Assembly: GCA_034670305.1 (NCBI GenBank)
Contig: JAXMNT010000033.1
Coordinates: forward strand, 1-64,000
Direction: 5' to 3'
Length of the DNA stretch: 64,000 bases
From: Deltaproteobacteria bacterium
Lineage (GTDB): Bacteria > Myxococcota_A > Polyangia > Polyangiales > Houyiibacteriaceae
Part shown: positions 29,914-38,942 of the stretch, piece by piece
Layout: each line of letters begins with the position of its first letter
Position numbering within the stretch: the stretch's first letter is position 1
Made by a program: the position numbers and the translations under genes
Notes under the pieces: generated by a model
What the model saw: the letters and a program-made list of their open reading frames with translations, nothing else
Told to the model about the DNA's origin: nothing
The model's database searches: none

Positions 29914-31679
29914 CACAGATCGCTGGAGAACTGGACCCCGAACATCGGGGCGTGTTGAACGGCGAGTTCTTTCCCGTCGCCAAGGTACATGTGCACGCCG
30001 CACGGCAGACACGGATCGAACGAACGCACGGTGCGCATGATGTCGATGCCCTTGAAGTCGTCCTTGCCGTTCTCCTCGAAGATCGGCGAACCCTGCACCG
30101 CGTCTTCGTAGGGCCCCGGCGTGCCGAAGGAATCCCGCGGGCTCGCGTTCCACGGCGTCGGTGGGTACGGGTGGTAGTTCGCGATCTTGCCCTCTCGAAT
30201 CACCATGTGGTGCGAGAGCATGCCGCGCACCGCTTCGTGAAAGCCGCACCCGATCGCTTCGTCCGGCACCTCGAAGTCCGTCCACGTCCGGGTCTCGCCG
30301 GAGTGAACGAGCGCCATCGCCTTCTCGAGGAAGTGGAGCGCCATTGCCGCGGCGTACGCCTGAAAGTAGGTGCGTGCGCGGTTGCGCTCGAGCGTGTTGC
30401 TCCACTTCGGGATCTTCCACTCGAGTTCGGTCTCCGGCAGCGTCGCACCCTTCGGCAGCCGAATCTTCACCGAATCGCCGGTGGCTTCGACGTACCCGAC
30501 ATCCACCTTCTTCGCGAGCGCGGTCGTCCACAGCCGGGCGAGCGGTCCGCCGCCGGTGCCAAGCGCGAGAAAGTCGTCGGTGCCGGGCGGTTGCCAGCGC
30601 GGGCTCATCACCCAGGTGTACTTGTCTTTGAGGTCGCGCTTCTGCGGCCGCGGTTTGGTGGTCTGGTTCCAGGGATGGCGGGGATCGATCTTGTTGCCGA
30701 GCGGGTCTTCGGTGACGAACATCTCGCCGCCTTCCCAGTCCTCGTAGAAGCTCGACCCGAGCAAGATGCGCATGCCGACGTTGATCTCCACGAGATCGGT
30801 CGTGACGAGTTTCCCGTCGATGATCACGCCCGGCGTCACGAACATCTCGCGGCCCCAGTCGGTCATCGTCTCGTAGCGGAAGTCGCAGTGATCCGGGTTC
30901 TGGAACGAGCCCATGCAGCCGAGCAAGATCCGACGCCGCCCGACTTCTTCGTAGCCAGGGAGCGCTTCGTAGAAGAAGTCGAAGAGGTCGTCGTGAAGCG
31001 GCACCATGCGCTTGCAGAACTCGATGTACTTGTGGAGCCGGACCGCGTAGTCCGTGAAGATCTGGATGGTGGGCACCGTGCCGACGCCGCCTGGGTACAC
31101 GGTGGACGGGTGCACGTGCCGACCCTCCATCAAGCAGAACATCTCCCGGGTCAGGCGGCTCATCTGCAGCGCCTCTCGGTAGAGCTCGCCCTCGAACGGG
31201 TTCAGCGAGCTCATGATGTCCGCGATGGTGCGGTAGCCGTGGATCTCCGCGTGCGGCGCTTCGGTGTGTTTCGCTTTCTCCCACACCGACGGGTTCGTCT
31301 CCTCGACCATCTTCTGACAGAAGTCGACCCCGACCAGATTGTCCTGGAAGAGGTTGTGGTCGAACATGTACTCGGCCGCTTCCCCGAGGTTGACGATCCA
31401 CTCGGCGAGGTGCGGCGGCCGGATGCCGTACGCCATGTTCTGCGCGTACACCGAACACGTCGCGTGGTTGTCGCCGCAGATACCGCAGATGCGGCTCGTG
31501 ATGAAGTGCGCGTCTCGAGGGTCCTTGCCCTTCATGAACACGCTGTAGCCGCGAAAGATGGAGCTGGTGCTGTGGCACTCCACCACCTGACGGTTCTCGA
31601 AGTCGATCTTGGTGTGGATGCCGAGGCTCCCGACGATGCGGGTGATCGGATCCCAAGACATCTCCACGAGGTCGCTCAT
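29913..31679 (-). CDS. hhyL: Group 1h (group 5) [NiFe]-hydrogenase large subunit
   Basis: EMSWDPITRIVGSLGI, L1 TSRICGICGDNHATC, NYHPYPPTPWN, L2 RSFDPCLPCGVHMY with cleavable C-terminal tail; ATG 31679. Confidence 0.97.
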   Translation of the reverse strand: MSDLVEMSWDPITRIVGSLGIHTKIDFENRQVVECHSTSSIFRGYSVFMKGKDPRDAHFITSRICGICGDNHATCSVYAQNMAYGIRPPHLAEWIVNLGEAAEYMFDHNLFQDNLVGVDFCQKMVEETNPSVWEKAKHTEAPHAEIHGYRTIADIMSSLNPFEGELYREALQMSRLTREMFCLMEGRHVHPSTVYPGGVGTVPTIQIFTDYAVRLHKYIEFCKRMVPLHDDLFDFFYEALPGYEEVGRRRILLGCMGSFQNPDHCDFRYETMTDWGREMFVTPGVIIDGKLVTTDLVEINVGMRILLGSSFYEDWEGGEMFVTEDPLGNKIDPRHPWNQTTKPRPQKRDLKDKYTWVMSPRWQPPGTDDFLALGTGGGPLARLWTTALAKKVDVGYVEATGDSVKIRLPKGATLPETELEWKIPKWSNTLERNRARTYFQAYAAAMALHFLEKAMALVHSGETRTWTDFEVPDEAIGCGFHEAVRGMLSHHMVIREGKIANYHPYPPTPWNASPRDSFGTPGPYEDAVQGSPIFEENGKDDFKGIDIMRTVRSFDPCLPCGVHMYLGDGKELAVQHAPMFGVQFSSDL

Positions 31680-32722
31680 TCGGGTTTGTATCCTGTGGTG
31701 AGCTCGTCGGATGGCTTGCGCCACGACGGCTCTTTCTCGAGCGAACTCTTGGTGAAGTTCCGGAGCGCGCGCACCGTGCGCCCGTACAGCAGCACGGCGG
31801 CCGACGACATGATCGCGCCGGGTGGTTCGTCCATGAACGGCATGAACTTGTCGGGGAAGCCGGGCATCGTGCAGCCGATGCAGAGGCCGCCGACGTTGGG
31901 ACAGCCGCCGATGCCGTTCATCCAGCCGCGCTTGGCCACGTTGCAACGCGTGACCGGGCCCCAGCACCCGAGCTTCACGATGCACTTGGCGCTTCCGAAC
32001 GACGCCGCGAAGTCGCCCTGCTCGTAGTACCCGCCCCGGTCGCAGCCTTCGTGCACCGTCTGGCTGAACAGCCACGTGGGACGGAGCGCCGCGTCGAGCG
32101 GAATCATCGGAGAGAGCCCGGCCGCCTGGTAGAGCAGGTAGAGCAGCGTCTCCATGAAGTTGTCCGGCTGCACGGGACAGCCGGGGATGCAGACCGTGGG
32201 GATGCCGGCCGCGGTCTCGAAGTCCCACCCGAGGTAATCCGAGAGGCCCATCGCACCGGTCGGGTTGCCCTCCATCGCGTGGATGCCGCCGTAGGTCGCG
32301 CAGGTCCCGACCGCCACCACCGCGAACGCGCCGGGCGCGAGCCGATCGATCCAGTCGCAGGTCTTGATCGGCTGGCCGGTCTCCGGGTCGTTGCCGAACG
32401 CGGCCCAGTAGCCCTCCCCGCTCACCTTCTCGTTGGGGATCGATCCTTCGATCACGAGGATGTACGGCAGGGTCGCTTCGCCGCGGGCCGCCCGGTGGAA
32501 GGGGGCCAGAAAGTCGTCGCCCGTTTCGTAAGCGAGCAGCGGGTTGTGGAGGTTGACCTTGGGCAACCCGGGAATGGCGCCCATGACGACGTCTTCGATG
32601 CTGGGCTGGGTGGCCCCGGTCATCGAGACGGAGTCGCCGTCACAGCTGAGTCCCGCCGTGATCCAGAGCACATCGAGCTCCGGGACGTCGGATTGTGGAA
32701 ACTGCCAGACCTTCTCCCCCAT
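31676..32722 (-). CDS. hhyS: Group 1h [NiFe]-hydrogenase small subunit
   Basis: LWITAGLSCDGDS (Asp-ligated proximal cluster), GTCATYGGI, PGCP, HEGCDR, C.VKLGCWGP, GGCPNVGG.CIGC..PGFPDKF; no Tat signal. Confidence 0.96.
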   Translation of the reverse strand: MGEKVWQFPQSDVPELDVLWITAGLSCDGDSVSMTGATQPSIEDVVMGAIPGLPKVNLHNPLLAYETGDDFLAPFHRAARGEATLPYILVIEGSIPNEKVSGEGYWAAFGNDPETGQPIKTCDWIDRLAPGAFAVVAVGTCATYGGIHAMEGNPTGAMGLSDYLGWDFETAAGIPTVCIPGCPVQPDNFMETLLYLLYQAAGLSPMIPLDAALRPTWLFSQTVHEGCDRGGYYEQGDFAASFGSAKCIVKLGCWGPVTRCNVAKRGWMNGIGGCPNVGGLCIGCTMPGFPDKFMPFMDEPPGAIMSSAAVLLYGRTVRALRNFTKSSLEKEPSWRKPSDELTTGYKPE

Positions 32723-32842
32723 CGCAGCAGAACGTATCAGCTCGGCCCGGGGAGATCAGCGAAGCTTCGTACCGTCGGCCAGAAGCACACGCTCGCCGAC
32801 GTGCACCTGCGCACGCCACGGCGCGAGCAACGGGTGCACTTC

Positions 32843-33886
32843 TCAGCAGATCCGGGGGAGCGCTTCGCCGCTGAGGAGCGGCAACACCCGCTGGGTCCCG
32901 AACGAGGTCTCGACCACCACCCGAATCGGCGGTTCGGTGGCCTCCCCGATCTGGGAGGCGGCCGCGCCGAGCGGGTGCGCGCGCATCGCCGCGAGCGCCG
33001 CGGCGGCTTCGTCCTGGGGCACGACCGCGACCAGCTTGCCCTCGTTGGCGACGTAGAACGGGTCGAGGCCGAGCATCTCGCAGGCGCCGCGAACGGTCTC
33101 GTGTACGGGGACCGCTGCCTCGTCGATCCGGATGCCGACGCCAGACGCCGACGCGAACTCGTTGAGCGCGCTCGCCAGCCCACCCCGGGTCGGGTCCCGC
33201 AGACAACGCGTGTGCGGCGCAGCGTCGAGCACCGACGCCACCAGATCGTGCAGCGGTGCCGCGTCGCTTTCGATCGCCCCGTCGAACGTCAGCCCTTCGC
33301 GCACGCTGAGGATCGCGACGCCGTGGTCGCCCATCGTCCCGCTGACCAGCACGACGTCGCCGGGCTCGATGGCGGTGGCGGTGAGCGCGCGGCCTACCGG
33401 CACGCGGCCGACGCCGGTGGTGTTGATGAAGATGCCGTCGCCGTTGCCCCGATCGACGACCTTGGTGTCGCCCGCCACGATCCGCACGCCGGCCCGCACG
33501 CAGGCATCGCGCATCGAGCGTGCGAGGGACGCGAGCTCGGCGAGGGGCAACCCCTCCTCGAGAATGAACGCCGCGGTGATCCACTCGGGGATCGCACCGG
33601 AGACCGCGAGGTCGTTCACGGTTCCGTAGACGGCGAGGCTGCCGATGTCGCCGCCAGGGAAGCGCCACGGGGACACCACGAAGCTGTCGGTGGTGATCGC
33701 GATCCGCGCCCCGGAGGTCTCGACGATGGCGGAGTCTTCGCGGGCGTCGGGCCCGATGTCGCCGAACGCGTCGAGGAACACGTGTTCGAGCAAGTCCGCG
33801 CTGAGCCGACCCCCGCTGCCGTGCCCGAGCACGACCTCGTCGTAGCGGCTCGCCGGCACGGGACACGACGCGTCTTCGTCCGTCAT
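32843..33886 (-). CDS. hypE: Carbamoyl dehydratase HypE
   Basis: HGSGG, TTDSFVVSP..FPGGDIG.LAV.GTVNDLA, GDTKVV, RDPTRGG, ANEGK, C-terminal LPRIC. Confidence 0.98.
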   Translation of the reverse strand: MTDEDASCPVPASRYDEVVLGHGSGGRLSADLLEHVFLDAFGDIGPDAREDSAIVETSGARIAITTDSFVVSPWRFPGGDIGSLAVYGTVNDLAVSGAIPEWITAAFILEEGLPLAELASLARSMRDACVRAGVRIVAGDTKVVDRGNGDGIFINTTGVGRVPVGRALTATAIEPGDVVLVSGTMGDHGVAILSVREGLTFDGAIESDAAPLHDLVASVLDAAPHTRCLRDPTRGGLASALNEFASASGVGIRIDEAAVPVHETVRGACEMLGLDPFYVANEGKLVAVVPQDEAAAALAAMRAHPLGAAASQIGEATEPPIRVVVETSFGTQRVLPLLSGEALPRIC

Positions 33887-33948
33887 CCGAACGCGTCCTT
33901 CATCCCAGCCCGTCCTTCCCTGCGTTCATCGGCGAGCACGTCCTTCAT
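33883..33948 (-). CDS. Putative 21-aa translational-coupling bridge ORF ([21 protein letters not shown])
   Basis: ATGA overlaps with both the gmhA-like stop and the hypE start. Confidence 0.35.
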   Translation of the reverse strand: MKDVLADERREGRAGMKDAFG

Positions 33949-34553
33949 CCGAGCACGTCTTCGGCGCCGCGCACGAGGTGCAGCGTGTCCCAGAGCAAGT
34001 GCACGAGCAGCCCGTGGGTCTCCTGGATGCGGTGGGTCGAGAAACTCTCCACCACGAAGCAGTGGTCGCAGAGTTCGGGGAACGAGCCGCCGTCGCGGCC
34101 GGCGAACCCGATGGTCAACAGATCGAGCTCGCGTGCGCGTTTGAGTCCGCGCACGACGTTGCGGGACTTGCCGCTCGTGCTGATCCCCAGCACGACATCG
34201 CCCGCCTGCGCGAAGACGTCGAGCTGGCTGACGAACGCGAGGGAGAAGTCCTGGTCGTTGCCGACCGCGGAGAGCAACACCGAATCCGCCGCGAGTGTGG
34301 CCGCCGGGTACGCCGGACGTTTTTCGACGATCGGATGGGTCATCTCCACCGCGAAGTGCGCTGCGTCGCACGCGCTCCCGCCGTTGCCCATGAGCCAGAG
34401 CCGGCCTCCCTGCGCGAGCGCGTCTCCGAGCGCGACCGCGCACTGCACGATGGCTTCGGCGTGTGCGTCGACGAACCGAGCTTGCGTCTCCGCGGCTTCG
34501 CGCTGTTTGCGGCGCACACTATCTCCGAGCGCCGCGAGGTCGACGTCGCTCAT
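33945..34553 (-). CDS. gmhA: SIS-domain phosphoheptose isomerase-like protein
   Basis: [15 protein letters not shown]...[17 protein letters not shown]....H.L. Confidence 0.9.
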   Translation of the reverse strand: MSDVDLAALGDSVRRKQREAAETQARFVDAHAEAIVQCAVALGDALAQGGRLWLMGNGGSACDAAHFAVEMTHPIVEKRPAYPAATLAADSVLLSAVGNDQDFSLAFVSQLDVFAQAGDVVLGISTSGKSRNVVRGLKRARELDLLTIGFAGRDGGSFPELCDHCFVVESFSTHRIQETHGLLVHLLWDTLHLVRGAEDVLG

Positions 34554-35665
34554 CGCACGCGGCCGAGCGGCACGAGTTTCTGAGGACGGCCGTACGCAAA
34601 GTACGCCGCGCATGCGCCTTCTGAGCTGACCATCGTCGCGCCGAGCGGATGTTCGGGCGTGCAGTTGCTGCGGAACTCAGGACACTCGTCCGGTTTGGCC
34701 AGCCCGCGCAGTACCCGACCGCTGATGCACGCTTCTGGTTCGCGGGTTTCGATGTCTTCCACCTCGAAACGCCGCGCCGCGTCGTAGTCCCGGTACTCGT
34801 AGCGGAGCGACAAGCCGCTCTTCGGAATGTTGCCCACCCCGCGCCAGCTCCGGTCGCACACCTCGAACACCTCGTCCATGACCCGCCGGCCTTCGGGGTT
34901 GCCGTCTCGACGCACCGCGCGACCGTACGCGTTGTCGACCTCCCCGCGACCCGCTTCGAGCTGCTCCACCGCGCGCCGCACTCCGTCGACCAGATCGAGC
35001 GGTTCGAAGCCGGTGACCACGATCGGCACCTGGTAGCGGGCTGCGATGGGTGTGTACTCGCCGAGGCCCATGACCGTGCACACGTGGCCCGGTCCGAGGA
35101 ACGCCTGCACCCGGTTGTCCGAGGCCTGGAGGATCGACGTGATCATCGGCGGCACGAGCACGTGCGAGACGAGCAGACTGAAACGCGTGAGCCCGCGGGC
35201 CTTCGCCACCTTCGCCGCCATCGCGTTCGCCGGCGCGGTGGTCTCGAACCCGATCGCGAAGAACACCACGTCGCGATCCGGGTTCTCCTCGGCGATGCGC
35301 ACCGCATCGAGCGGCGAGTACACGATGCGCACGTCGGCGCCGCGCGACTTGAGCGCGAGCAGGTCCCCGCGCGAGCCCGGCACCCGCAGCATGTCTCCAA
35401 ACGAACAGAACACGACCCCGGGTTTCGACGCGATCGCGTGCGCGCGATCGATCATCGAGAGCGGCGTCACACACACCGGACACCCCGGCCCATGCACGAG
35501 CTCCACCTCTTCGGGGAAGAGTGCATCGAGCCCATGTTTGACGATGCTGTGCGTCTGCCCGCCACACACCTCCATGAGCACCCACGGCTGGGTCACGATC
35601 TCCGCGAGCTTGCCAGCCGCCGCCGTCACCGCCTCCCCATCGCGGTACTCATCCAGGTACTTCAC
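34550..35665 (-). CDS. hypD: Hydrogenase maturation protein HypD
   Basis: [28 protein letters not shown]-terminal C..G..L.G...P.EC..F...[14 protein letters not shown]. Confidence 0.98.
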   Translation of the reverse strand: MKYLDEYRDGEAVTAAAGKLAEIVTQPWVLMEVCGGQTHSIVKHGLDALFPEEVELVHGPGCPVCVTPLSMIDRAHAIASKPGVVFCSFGDMLRVPGSRGDLLALKSRGADVRIVYSPLDAVRIAEENPDRDVVFFAIGFETTAPANAMAAKVAKARGLTRFSLLVSHVLVPPMITSILQASDNRVQAFLGPGHVCTVMGLGEYTPIAARYQVPIVVTGFEPLDLVDGVRRAVEQLEAGRGEVDNAYGRAVRRDGNPEGRRVMDEVFEVCDRSWRGVGNIPKSGLSLRYEYRDYDAARRFEVEDIETREPEACISGRVLRGLAKPDECPEFRSNCTPEHPLGATMVSSEGACAAYFAYGRPQKLVPLGRVR

Positions 35666-36231
35666 GACGAGACCCGACCAGAGCCACCAGGGGCAGCGGC
35701 GACAGGTTCGGAAGCGGTGTCGGAAGCGGAAGCGGTGTCGGAAGCGGAAGCGGTGTCGGAAGCGGAAGCGGAAGCGGAAGCGGTGTCGGTAGCGGAAGCG
35801 GTGTCGGTAGCGGAAGCGGAAGCGGTGTCGGTAGCGGAAGCGGAAGCGGAAGCGGTAGCGGTAGCGGAAGCGGTGTCGGCAACGGCTTCGGCGTCGGATT
35901 CGGCTTCGGCTTCGGCTTCGGCTTCGGATTCGGATTCGGATTCGGATTCGGATTCCGCGTCGGCCGCCGCCTGTTCAGCAGCATCGGCCTCCGCTTCGAG
36001 GTCCTCCATCTCTCCGAACTCCTTCAAGAACTCGAAGATCCGCCGCGCCTCCGCCTCGTCGATCCGGCTCAACGCGAACCCCACGTGCACCAGCACCCAC
36101 TCCCCGACCTTCGCGTCGGTCAGGTACTCCAGACACACCGCTTTCTGGATCCCACCGAAGCTGACCTTCGCCATGCGAAGTCCGCGCACTTCGCCGACCT
36201 CGACGATCCGGCCCGGTATGCCCAAACACAT
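35662..36231 (-). CDS. hypC: Hydrogenase chaperone HypC with long low-complexity C-terminal extension
   Basis: [17 protein letters not shown]...IDE.EA; about 100-aa ES/EA/ASATDT tail encoded by hexamer repeats. Confidence 0.93.
   Translation of the reverse strand: MCLGIPGRIVEVGEVRGLRMAKVSFGGIQKAVCLEYLTDAKVGEWVLVHVGFALSRIDEAEARRIFEFLKEFGEMEDLEAEADAAEQAAADAESESESESESEAEAEAEAESDAEAVADTASATATASASASATDTASASATDTASATDTASASASASDTASASDTASASDTASEPVAAAPGGSGRVSS
35706..35960. repeat. In-frame hexamer/18-mer array in the hypC 3' end
   Basis: (GCGGAA/GCGGTG/TCGGTA)n and (TTCGGC/TTCGGA)n visible. Confidence 0.9.
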
Positions 36232-36291
36232 AAGGGTCCAGGTACACCTACGCCGCGAGCGGAAGCAAGCGCCGACGCGTCGCGCGGCGTT

Positions 36292-36930
36292 CTACTTGCC
36301 GAGCAAAGCGATCTTCGCGAGCGAGGCGCCCTGTTTGATCTTCGCGGCGATGCCGCTCGCCGGCCGCAGCGGGACGTGACCCGCAAGCTTCTGACCGCGC
36401 GCCATCGTGTGGATCTTCTTCTTCACCGGCGCGCTGAGCCCACCTTCGACCGTGGACAGTTCGCTGAGGAGCGCGAAGACGTTGCCGAGATCGAAGAAGT
36501 CGCGCTGCCAGCTCCACTTGAAGTCGCCGCCGTATTTGAACCAGCTGCCGCCGCAGCCCGCGACTTCGTACGGCGTGCCGTCGGGACGCGTGATCGGCGC
36601 GCGCTGGCGCCAGAAGCCGACGAGCTCTCCGAGTTTGTCGTCGATGACGAACCGGTCGTACGGGTACTGCCAGCCCTGGAAGCCATCCATCTGGATGCCG
36701 ATCGCGTTCTTCTTGATCTCCTCGAGACCGTTCGCGATGAACTCTTCGTTCGGTCCGATGTTCCAGCGGTAGTACGCGTCCTCCGTGTACATCGCGCCGA
36801 GGTACGTGACCCAGTCGCCGGTCTCTTCGGCGAGGCGGTTGGCCTCGAGCCAGCGCCGGCTCATCTCTTCGAGTTCTTCGCGCGGGTACGCAACGGTCGG
36901 GGTCTGGGCAACGGGATGAAGTTCAATCAT
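36292..36930 (-). CDS. NTF2/SnoaL-like protein resembling M. tuberculosis Rv0762c
   Basis: YPREELE....RWL.ANR.AE..GDW, YT.DA.Y.WN.GPNE, GW.YPY...IDDK.GE.VGFW.Q, GGSWF.Y.G..KW.WQRDFFD.G match my recollection of Rv0762c. Confidence 0.8.
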   Translation of the reverse strand: MIELHPVAQTPTVAYPREELEEMSRRWLEANRLAEETGDWVTYLGAMYTEDAYYRWNIGPNEEFIANGLEEIKKNAIGIQMDGFQGWQYPYDRFVIDDKLGELVGFWRQRAPITRPDGTPYEVAGCGGSWFKYGGDFKWSWQRDFFDLGNVFALLSELSTVEGGLSAPVKKKIHTMARGQKLAGHVPLRPASGIAAKIKQGASLAKIALLGK

Positions 36931-36933
36931 GGC

Positions 36934-38661
36934 TCACTCTTTCCCCGCGTCGGGGTCGGTCTGGGTCCAGGCGATGGTCCGGTTGGGACAGTGTTCGTAG
37001 GCGCGTTCGATGCGATCGTAGAGCGCGTCTCGGTCGGTCGAGGAGGCCGTCATGGCCGCATCGCCGGAGGAGAGCACCGCGTCCTGGGAAGCGCTGGGCA
37101 AACCGGTCACCTCGGGCAAGAGCTCCGCTTCACCGAGGTCGTTCACCCGGAAGACCGCGGGCGCTTCGCTCACGCAGACGCTGTGTCCCTGGCAGAGCTG
37201 GGTGTCGATCGTCAGCCGCACCGGCTTGTCGCGATCGAGCAGCTTCTTCTTCGTCGACTTCAGTTCGGTCGTGACCGGCGCCACCTTCTGGCGGGTTCGG
37301 TAGCGGACCCGGCAGGGAGGACGCGGCATGACGGTCGCGGTGTCGTAGTTGTCCTCGTAGCTCGCGTCTGGCTGCGCGAGCTCGAAGTCGTACTCATGCA
37401 GAAGCGTGGCGGCGACGGCCTTGAGCTGGAGCAGCCCGAACGCGTTGCCGGTGCACTTGTGTTTGCCGCCCCCGAACGCGATCCAGGCGAACTGGTTCTT
37501 GTCTTCGCCGCGGCTGTAGCGGTCTGCGTCGAACCGCTCCGGATCCGGGAATACGCTGCCGACGCGGTGGCTGACCGCCGGCGAGGCGCAGACGAAGGAA
37601 CCCGCGGGCACAGTGAAACCGTTGCAGTGGAACGGTTTGAGCACTTTGCGGAACAAGAAGATGAGCGGCGGGTGCAGCCGCAGCACTTCTTTGATCACGT
37701 CGTGCAGAAACCGCATCTCGCGCAGACCGCGGTAGGTCAGCCCGCCTTCGGCCGCCATCACCGCGTCCACTTCCGCCCGCACACGCGCGAGGTAGTCGGG
37801 ACGCCGGATGAGCTCGAGGATCGTCCAGGTCGCGGTGCCGGCGCTCGTGTGGTGGCCGGCCATCATGATCGCCACGAGGATCCCGGTGATCTCGTGCGCG
37901 CTCAGCCGTTCGCCATCTTTGTAGGTCGCGTCGAGCAGCGCCTGAAGCCCGTCGTCGGGTCGTTCGCCAGTCCGCTGGCGGCGCGCGAGGATGGCGTCGA
38001 CGCGTTCGGTCAGTCGCTTGCGCGCCATGTCTCGGCGGCGGAACGAAGGAAGCGGCGCGTTCGGGTACACATACGCGAGCGGGTTGATGCCCTTCTCGAG
38101 GTGTCCGTAGAGTTCATGGAACTCGTGGGTCATGCCGGCGCGGAACTCGTCGCCGATGAGGCAGCGGCTCGACGCGTAGATGGTGATCTCCTTCATGAGA
38201 TCGAGCAGGTCGACTTCGCCGGAGGTGCCCCAGCTCGACACCTGCCGTTTGGTCTCGTCGCAGATGATGGGCGGGTAGCCGCGCATGCGCTGATCGCGGA
38301 GCATGCGCATGACCATGCGGATCTGTTCTTCGAGCCGAGGCCCCGGCGCATCGAAGACCACGCCGTCTCCGAAGATCGGCGTCATCAACTTGTAGGCTTC
38401 GCGCCGGCAGAGCTGATCGTCCGGCGCGCGGAAGAACGCTTCGTTCGCTTCCGGCCCGGTGAGCAGCACGACGTCTTGGTGCAGGAGCCGGAGCGCCACC
38501 AGATCGCCCTGTTCGGAGGCCCGTTTCAAGAGATCGAAGGGTCCCCGCACGAACTCCGCCATGTGACCGAGCACCGGATACTCCCGCGTCACCCGAGGCG
38601 GTGCGCCAGGGACTTTGGGCATGGCCCCGAGGACTCGAGCGGCTGTGGATACGACTCCCAT
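36934..38661 (-). CDS. cyp51: Sterol 14-alpha-demethylase-like cytochrome P450 (CYP51) fused to a C-terminal [3Fe-4S] ferredoxin
   Basis: B' region AY.LMTPIFG.GVVFDA, I-helix AGHHTS, K-helix KEVLRLHPPL, heme FGGGKHKC.G; C-terminal CQGHSVC...CP ferredoxin motif; AGGAG RBS. Confidence 0.93.
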   Translation of the reverse strand: MGVVSTAARVLGAMPKVPGAPPRVTREYPVLGHMAEFVRGPFDLLKRASEQGDLVALRLLHQDVVLLTGPEANEAFFRAPDDQLCRREAYKLMTPIFGDGVVFDAPGPRLEEQIRMVMRMLRDQRMRGYPPIICDETKRQVSSWGTSGEVDLLDLMKEITIYASSRCLIGDEFRAGMTHEFHELYGHLEKGINPLAYVYPNAPLPSFRRRDMARKRLTERVDAILARRQRTGERPDDGLQALLDATYKDGERLSAHEITGILVAIMMAGHHTSAGTATWTILELIRRPDYLARVRAEVDAVMAAEGGLTYRGLREMRFLHDVIKEVLRLHPPLIFLFRKVLKPFHCNGFTVPAGSFVCASPAVSHRVGSVFPDPERFDADRYSRGEDKNQFAWIAFGGGKHKCTGNAFGLLQLKAVAATLLHEYDFELAQPDASYEDNYDTATVMPRPPCRVRYRTRQKVAPVTTELKSTKKKLLDRDKPVRLTIDTQLCQGHSVCVSEAPAVFRVNDLGEAELLPEVTGLPSASQDAVLSSGDAAMTASSTDRDALYDRIERAYEHCPNRTIAWTQTDPDAGKE

Positions 38662-38942
38662 GGTTCTCCTGCCGGTACGTAGACGAGCATCCGCTTCTGG
38701 CCACCCGGTTCTGTGCGAATCGTCCCGAGCCGCGCGTGAACCGTCGTGCGGACCCCGTGATCCCGCCGCGAGAGCCCGCGACGAAGCTCCTCTGCTGGGT
38801 ATTCACCCTGAAATTTCCGCGTGCGAACGGCCCCCAACCCGAGGTCACGGTGGTGTGAACGCGGCATCACAACCCGGTCGGAGGCGGGTCGCGTTTCCTT
38901 CGAAGAACCGCCGAGGGCACGGTTCTTCCAATGCTCCTTGGC

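Noticed and set aside
32723-32842. Possible sigma-54 promoter upstream of hhyS (minus strand CGGTACGAAGCTTCGCT; TGGCGTGCGCAGGTGCA)
   Set aside because: GG-to-GC spacing is 11 nt rather than the required 10.
38903-38930. GGGCACGGTTCTTCCA as a sigma-54 site, or hairpin GAAGAACCG...CGGTTCTTC, upstream of the VWA gene
   Set aside because: The conserved -12 GC is CC; too weak to call.
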